Assembly (NCBI RefSeq): GCF_009914755.1
Contig: NC_060929.1
Source of the DNA: the human T2T-CHM13v2.0 reference genome, Homo sapiens
Strand: one strand, 5' to 3'
Length of the DNA stretch: 64,000 nucleotides
The notes below the pieces were generated by a model, which was given only the letters and a program-made list of their open reading frames with translations, was not told the DNA's origin and did not search any database. The number at the start of each line of letters is the position of its first letter. The first letter of the stretch is position 1. Positions 57,951-64,000 of the stretch are shown piece after piece. A program made the translations under genes and the position numbers.

Positions 57951-59043
57951 GTAGGACTCTGGACTCCTCTGTCTGCAAGAGTGTGCTTAGCTATTGAAGA
58001 TTTGTCCTGTTTAGCAATTAATAGTAGTAGTAGTTTATTCTTTTCTGAAGATTTTAGATCTAGTTCCCGCCCTGCCCCGTCCCTGTTAAAAAAGAATGAA
58101 CTAAATGAATTCCTGTTATTCTTTCCACCCTAGTGTATTCAGAGTTTGAAAGATCAAGTTATCATTACTCTCTTTGCCACATTTACTACCAGATTTTGCT
58201 TTGTCTGCACACTTCCTAGAAGACCTCACTTGTTTTAGACCTCTAAACATCTAAGTGCCCCATGACACTACACCAAGCCCTTAGTTCCCCCATGAAATCT
58301 AGGTTTGTGTTCAACTGCCCACTAATAGACTTCTCAAACTTAACACAGACAGAAGAGTGGATTCCCTGTCCGTTAACCAAATATTCTTTTACGATTTTTT
58401 TTAGCTTATTTAGTAAATATAATAGCATTCAGTTTCTTGAACACCAAAAATCTTTATATACCAAAGATTTTTGGTATATTTTTGGTTTCTTTATATACCA
58501 AAAATCTAGAACTTTTAGTCAATATCTTCCCTTTATTTCTCACATTTCACTCATTAATAAGTTCTAAGAACTAGACTACAAAGCATGTATCTTTGCTACT
58601 GGCACTGTAGTCCAGATCACCATCATCACTCCTAGACAAGTATTGTAGCCTTCTGGCCGGGTTGCCTGCTTCCATTGTTGCCATTCATGCCATTCATTCT
58701 TCACTCAGCGTCTAAGTGGTCGTGGAATAACACACCAAAGGTCATGCCACAGCCCTGCTAAAAACCATACAACAGCTTCTGATTTTATTTACAACAAAAT
58801 CTGAGCTCCATCCTTGGGTTTGTAGATCCCTATGTGACCTGACCCCTGCCAAGCTTCTGACCTCACCTCAAACTGCTTTGCCTTGTTCTTGACTATACTG
58901 GTCCTCCCTTATGGGCTTTACACCAGCTATTGCCTTTTTTTTTTTTTGAGTTGTTTACCCCTCACTGCTCTTGGGTTGAGTCCTCAGATTTCAGCTTTCA
59001 TTTAAATGTCACTTCAGCGGAGAGGTCAGCCCTTACTATGTAA

Positions 59044-59366
<323 letters not shown>

Positions 59367-60421
59367 CTGATTCCACTCTTAATTATCTGCATTGCTAATT
59401 ATCTCTAGATTATAAACTCCATGAGAGAGGGAATTTTGTATGCCTTGTTCACTATCCTGAATGCCTGCCACACGATTATTTCTTAAAAGAATGAATGAAT
59501 AAATCTGGGTAATTTAGCAAATGCTCAGTAACATATTTAAACTTGAATCTCAACATTGTAAATATGGCAGGTAAAAAATATCTGTAGCAGGTAAAAATAA
59601 CTAGTGATGGCAACCTTTGTGTTTCTACATAGTACTGTTGTAAACCAAGAACTGAGTGCAAAGTCATAAAGGCAAAGTAAAGATTACAAATATCACTAAT
59701 AGAAAATAAAACTGTTATACTTAATCATTTTGAGTCATAACTTGTCAAATTTCAGTGTTTAACAGTTAATACTCTTTGTCTTCCTTTAAAATAAAATGGT
59801 TTTTGAGGGGAATATTTTATCATTTTTTAAAGCCTCTTGAAGGAGTTCGTACTTGTAACATTTTTAATGTCTAAACTTCCCTGTGAGTAAGCAAAAGCCC
59901 TTTTAATTACTCCTTTTGTCTCAGCTCTGCATTCATTCTGATAGACCTTTTGTGACATTTCTCAGATGACTACATTCTGAAAGTAAAGGCTAATTCAGTA
60001 TTTCTTTTTTTTCAACTATTATTACTACTACATTGTGTTCAGAGCTACAAGTAGAGCATCTCATTATCAAACTAATAATTCTCATGAGGAAAGCTTAAGT
60101 GCTGTTAAATCTTTTTTTGTTGTTAGCAGAGATTACTTGACTTGACGTGTTGACATACCATGGAGCACATTTTACTTCCTTGACAAGGCACAGAAGCAGT
60201 AAGGTATCCCTTGCATGGGTTTAACATAGTTTCGAAATACACCTCAGGGGTTTATTAAGACTGATTAACTACAAAGTTATTCCAGGTTTAACATGTCTTC
60301 GTTATTTGGAAAGCAGCAAATGCTTGAAATAAGAATGAAACAATTGAAGTTGAAAACTGATTGTATGTAATGGCTTTAGGCTATTTTTATGTAATTGAAT
60401 TGTAATTGAATCTGTTTTCAG

Positions 60422-60598
60422 AGTTATGAACAAGAAAAATATACCCTTCAAAGAGAAGTTGAACTCAAGAGTCGAATGTTAGAAAGTTTGAGCTGCGAAT
60501 GTGAAGCTATTAAACAACAACAAAAAATGCACCTGGAGAAATTGGAAGAACAACTAAGCAGAAGCCATGGACAGGAAGTGAATGAACTAAAAACTAAG
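60422..60598 (+). CDS. SPDL1: SPDL1 exon 3, aa 54-112 (coiled coil)
   Basis: Acceptor ttttcag|AGTTAT; SYEQEKYTLQREVELKSRMLESLSCECEAIKQQQKMHLEKLEEQLSRSHGQEVNELKTK; donor AAG|gttggg; 177 nt, in frame with exon 2. Confidence 0.96.
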
Positions 60599-61577
60599 GT
60601 TGGGATATCTGCGTATTTCAGCACAAAATATTCCATATTTATGCAGCCATCTGTAAACTTTAGATGATAAAGATTTTCTTAAGTGTCAGCTTTGCAAAAT
60701 AGCCAAGATCTAAGTCTTCATTATCTTAATATTGGGGGTGGGAACACTGAGATACAAGAGTTTGTCTAAGGGACTTGTATAAATTATATCCTATTAATTA
60801 AATACAATTATTTAATTTTGGTTGCTGGATATTTGTGAAGGTTTAGTTTAGTGACTAGCATGGCCTCCTTGCTGATAGTGGGTACAGCAGCCCCTTGCAG
60901 AAAGCCTCGTCTCCTAGCCTTCCCTGCAGTCAGTGGTATGCTTTGTAATTCTGTAAAACAGACCAGTAGTTTCTTACTAGTTAATGTGCATTACAAATGA
61001 CACTTTATAGTTTGTTTACTGAGGATAAACTAATACATGTGCTCCAGTTCTTACAATAATATTGTGGAAAGGTACCATTATCATTTCCATATACCAGATG
61101 AAAGAGCCAGTGTTTAGACAGACTGAGTAAATTGGACACAATTCAAGAACTAGAAATTCTCCATCTAGGTTTGAACTGAGGCTGTCTGACTCCAAAGGCT
61201 GTGTTACTGAATCACTACATAGTCTAACAGCATGTTACACTGGCTCCATTTCAAACATAAATGCAAGATAAATGATTGGTCAGTGGTTTTCCCTTTTCCC
61301 AGCTAGCCAGTGCTTTCAGGTTGCTTCTGAGGAATCCAGAACTTTTTATCATGGATCTGCTTTGTGTATAGTCTATACTCTGACTTTTCCAGACACTGTC
61401 TACCAAAACTTGCCTGACTTTTGTCCTCCTTTCTCAGAAGTCTGTTACCCAATTTTCAGCTTCTTGTATAGCAGCCTCTAAGATTTTTCTTTTTCTGTAT
61501 ACCACCTATACTATTACTTAATTTCTCATTGACTCTCTTTTAATGTTTACTGATTTTAAGAAACATCAATGAAAGTA

Positions 61578-61891
61578 TTTTTTTTTTCCTTTTTTTTTTT
61601 TTTTTTTTTTTGAGGCAGAGTCTCACACTGTCGCCCAGGCTGGAGTGCAGTGGCATGATCTCGGCTCACCTGCAACCTCTGCCTCCCGGGTTCAAACGAT
61701 TCTCCTGCCTCAGGCTCCTAAGTGGCTGGGATTACCAGTGTGCGCCACCACGCCCAGCTAATTTTTGTATTTTAATAGAGACAGGGTTTCACCATGTTGG
61801 TCAGGCTGGTCTCTAACTCCTGACCTCGTGATCCGCCCACTTCAGCCTCGCAAAGTGCTGGGATTACAGGCCTGAGCCACTGCGCCTGGCC
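61578..61891 (-). mobile_element. Alu (AluS-like), SPDL1 intron 3
   Basis: Long poly-T followed by an antisense Alu body. Confidence 0.92.
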
Positions 61892-62729
61892 AAAATTACA
61901 TATTTAAGCTTGCTTATTTTTTCCCAGTATACACTAAAACAAACATAGCTATCTAAATATACCTTCATGTAATATATAATCATCTTGCATACCACTCTGA
62001 CCGGTAATATCATCCAGCTTGTCTGAAACTAGTCGGATTTGAGGCCCTAATGACTGATAATGATGTGCTTTCTTCCCCCTCTGGTTGTTATTTTTATTTT
62101 TGCAATAGTTTTCATCACCTAAACAAAAAAGAGTAATAAAGGGAGTATTCAGGACTGAGGTAAGGCTAATTATAGAGATGGCTTTTTTTTTTTTTTTTTT
62201 TTTGGTGGAGCAAAGAGTACATTAGTGAAATATTTTGTTTTACTGATTTTCTCAAATCACTTATGCCAAAATTTGGATTTTTTTAATACCTTTTCTTCTC
62301 TTATTTTTCACATTTAATTCATCAAGTTCTAAGAACTTGACCTACAAAACATCTATGACGCTACTGCCACTCCAATCCAGACCTTCATCATCTCTTTCCT
62401 GGACTACTGCTGTAGCCTTCTGACCAGGTTGCTTGCTTCCATTGTTTCTCTTCATGCCAGTCATTCTTCACACAGTAGCCAAGTGGTCCGCATCATAGTG
62501 CCTCCAGATTGCTTCTGAGGCATCCAGACCCACCCCGATTACTCATGGATTATTTCTATGTTTATTAAACAAGGTGTGTCACTAGCTGTTAAAAGATGCC
62601 TAACCTTGGGCAAATAGGAAACTCCAATAGTATCATCATTCAGTAAGTTTGGTTCAATCAGTTCAATCAGTGATTGTTTTTAGAAAGAAAATAACTTTCA
62701 ATTTATGACTTTTTTTTTTTTGGCTTTAG

Positions 62730-62924
62730 ATAGAAAAACTGAAAGTGGAATTAGATGAAGCCAGGCTTAGTGAAAAGCAGCTGAAGCACCAAGTAGATCA
62801 TCAGAAGGAACTCCTCTCTTGTAAATCAGAGGAACTGCGCGTAATGTCTGAACGTGTGCAGGAAAGCATGTCTTCAGAGATGCTGGCTCTTCAAATTGAG
62901 CTGACAGAAATGGAGAGTATGAAG
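62730..62924 (+). CDS. SPDL1: SPDL1 exon 4, aa 113-177
   Basis: Poly-T tract then ctttag|ATAGAA; IEKLKVELDEARLSEKQLKHQVDHQKELLSCKSEELRVMSERVQESMSSEMLALQIELTEMESMK; donor AAG|gtaatt; 195 nt. Confidence 0.96.
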
Positions 62925-63520
62925 GTAATTTTTATGGCATGTGTTTCTCAGGGTTTTCTCTTTTTTTTTCTGGCATATTTTTACATGTTTTGGTAATAAT
63001 TCTTAAGAGCTAGTTTGAAGGCTGAAACATTTTTTGACCTAACTTGCATCTAACTAATTAAAAAATGGGTTTTTTTTAGGTGGATGACTTCATTCATAAT
63101 ATAGCTTTAGACTATATGATTATGTAAGGCAGCCTTTCTCTTAGATTAATGAAACGTCTGGAAGAATTTAGAGGCATATACTCTGATCCCAGATTTTATC
63201 GTAAGAGCCCAGTGTAAAACGTTGGCTCAGTGGAAGTTGAAATGCATGTGAACTTGGTTTTTTCATTGAAAGCTAAGGTTAATTAAAAATTAAAGCCTGA
63301 AATTGATAGAGGAAAAAGGGCAGTCTCTAAAGCCATTTGTTTCCTTGTTGAAAAATTTAACAGTAATAGTAATTTCTATTATTTTAGAATGTACCTGACA
63401 ACTTTTGACTGGTTCTTTAGTTTTAATTTTGGATGTGAACCACAACTGAGATAAACTGAGCAGCTGCCAAATGAAAGATTATTCAAGAGAATTTCCTCCT
63501 TTTCAATTCCTGTTAAATAG

Positions 63521-63670
63521 ACCACCCTCAAAGAAGAAGTGAATGAACTACAATACAGACAAGAACAGCTAGAACTTCTTATTACTAACCTAATGCGCCA
63601 GGTAGACCGGCTTAAAGAGGAAAAAGAGGAGCGAGAGAAAGAAGCAGTTTCTTACTATAATGCCCTAGAG
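63521..63670 (+). CDS. SPDL1: SPDL1 exon 5, aa 178-227
   Basis: Acceptor aaatag|ACCACC; TTLKEEVNELQYRQEQLELLITNLMRQVDRLKEEKEEREKEAVSYYNALE; donor GAG|gtacta; 150 nt. Not in the ORF track. Confidence 0.95.
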
Positions 63671-63769
63671 GTACTATGATTACAGTAACATCATGTTTTC
63701 CAATTTATCATAACTTATTTTCTTGCTAATGTAATCTCTGTTGCCTAAATTGTTTTCTTTTGAATTTAG

Positions 63770-63868
63770 AAAGCTCGTGTAGCAAATCAAGATCTTCAGG
63801 TACAGTTGGACCAGGCACTCCAGCAAGCCTTGGATCCCAATAGTAAAGGCAACTCTTTGTTTGCAGAG
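63770..63868 (+). CDS. SPDL1: SPDL1 exon 6, aa 228-260, containing the Spindly motif (GNSLFAE; S256, F258)
   Basis: Acceptor atttag|AAAGCT; KARVANQDLQVQLDQALQQALDPNSKGNSLFAE; donor GAG|gtactt; 99 nt. Cumulative codon count puts S at 256 and F at 258, matching the known Spindly-box numbering. Confidence 0.96.
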
Positions 63869-63946
63869 GTACTTATAAGTATCCTAACTACTAAATTGGT
63901 ATTTTCATTTACTACCAGAACAATTAAGCATGTTAATATTTTGTAG

Positions 63947-64000
63947 GTGGAAGATCGAAGGGCAGCAATGGAACGTCAGCTTATCAGTATGAAAGTCAAG
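63947..64000 (+). CDS. SPDL1: SPDL1 exon 7 (partial, runs off the window), aa 261 onward
   Basis: Acceptor ttgtag|GTGGAA; VEDRRAAMERQLISMKVK, continuing the LFAE-VED motif. Confidence 0.94.
   Translation, partial: MEDRRAAMERQLISMKVK

Noticed and set aside
57951-58133. Extension of the SPDL1 exon 2 ORF to 113 aa (likewise the ORF tails after 60598 and 62924)
   Set aside because: Read-through past canonical GT donors into introns; the spliced frame reproduces Spindly numbering (S256, F258).

Overview
Human genomic DNA (about 40% GC by eye; Alu, L1, MIR, L2 and MaLR repeats; a human-specific AluYb8). The window holds about 52 kb of repeat-rich intergenic sequence, then the CpG-island promoter and first seven exons of SPDL1 (Spindly/CCDC99, + strand, kinetochore dynein adaptor; from recall, 5q35.1), cut off inside exon 7. 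Almost all six-frame ORFs outside SPDL1 are repeat-derived or random. No prokaryote-style system such as CRISPR is present. Most notable observations: (1) an apparently 100% identical 343-bp inverted duplication of an ancient L2 fragment (47696-48038 / 51894-52236) flanking 3.86 kb just upstream of the SPDL1 promoter; (2) a U6 snRNA-L1 chimeric retrocopy with a 12-bp TSD; (3) a monomer-sized AluYb8 with a perfect 17-bp TSD in SPDL1 intron 1; (4) several small fold-back, templated-insertion-like scars and dispersed micro-duplications. Repeat family names come from remembered consensus sequences and boundaries of old repeats are approximate.
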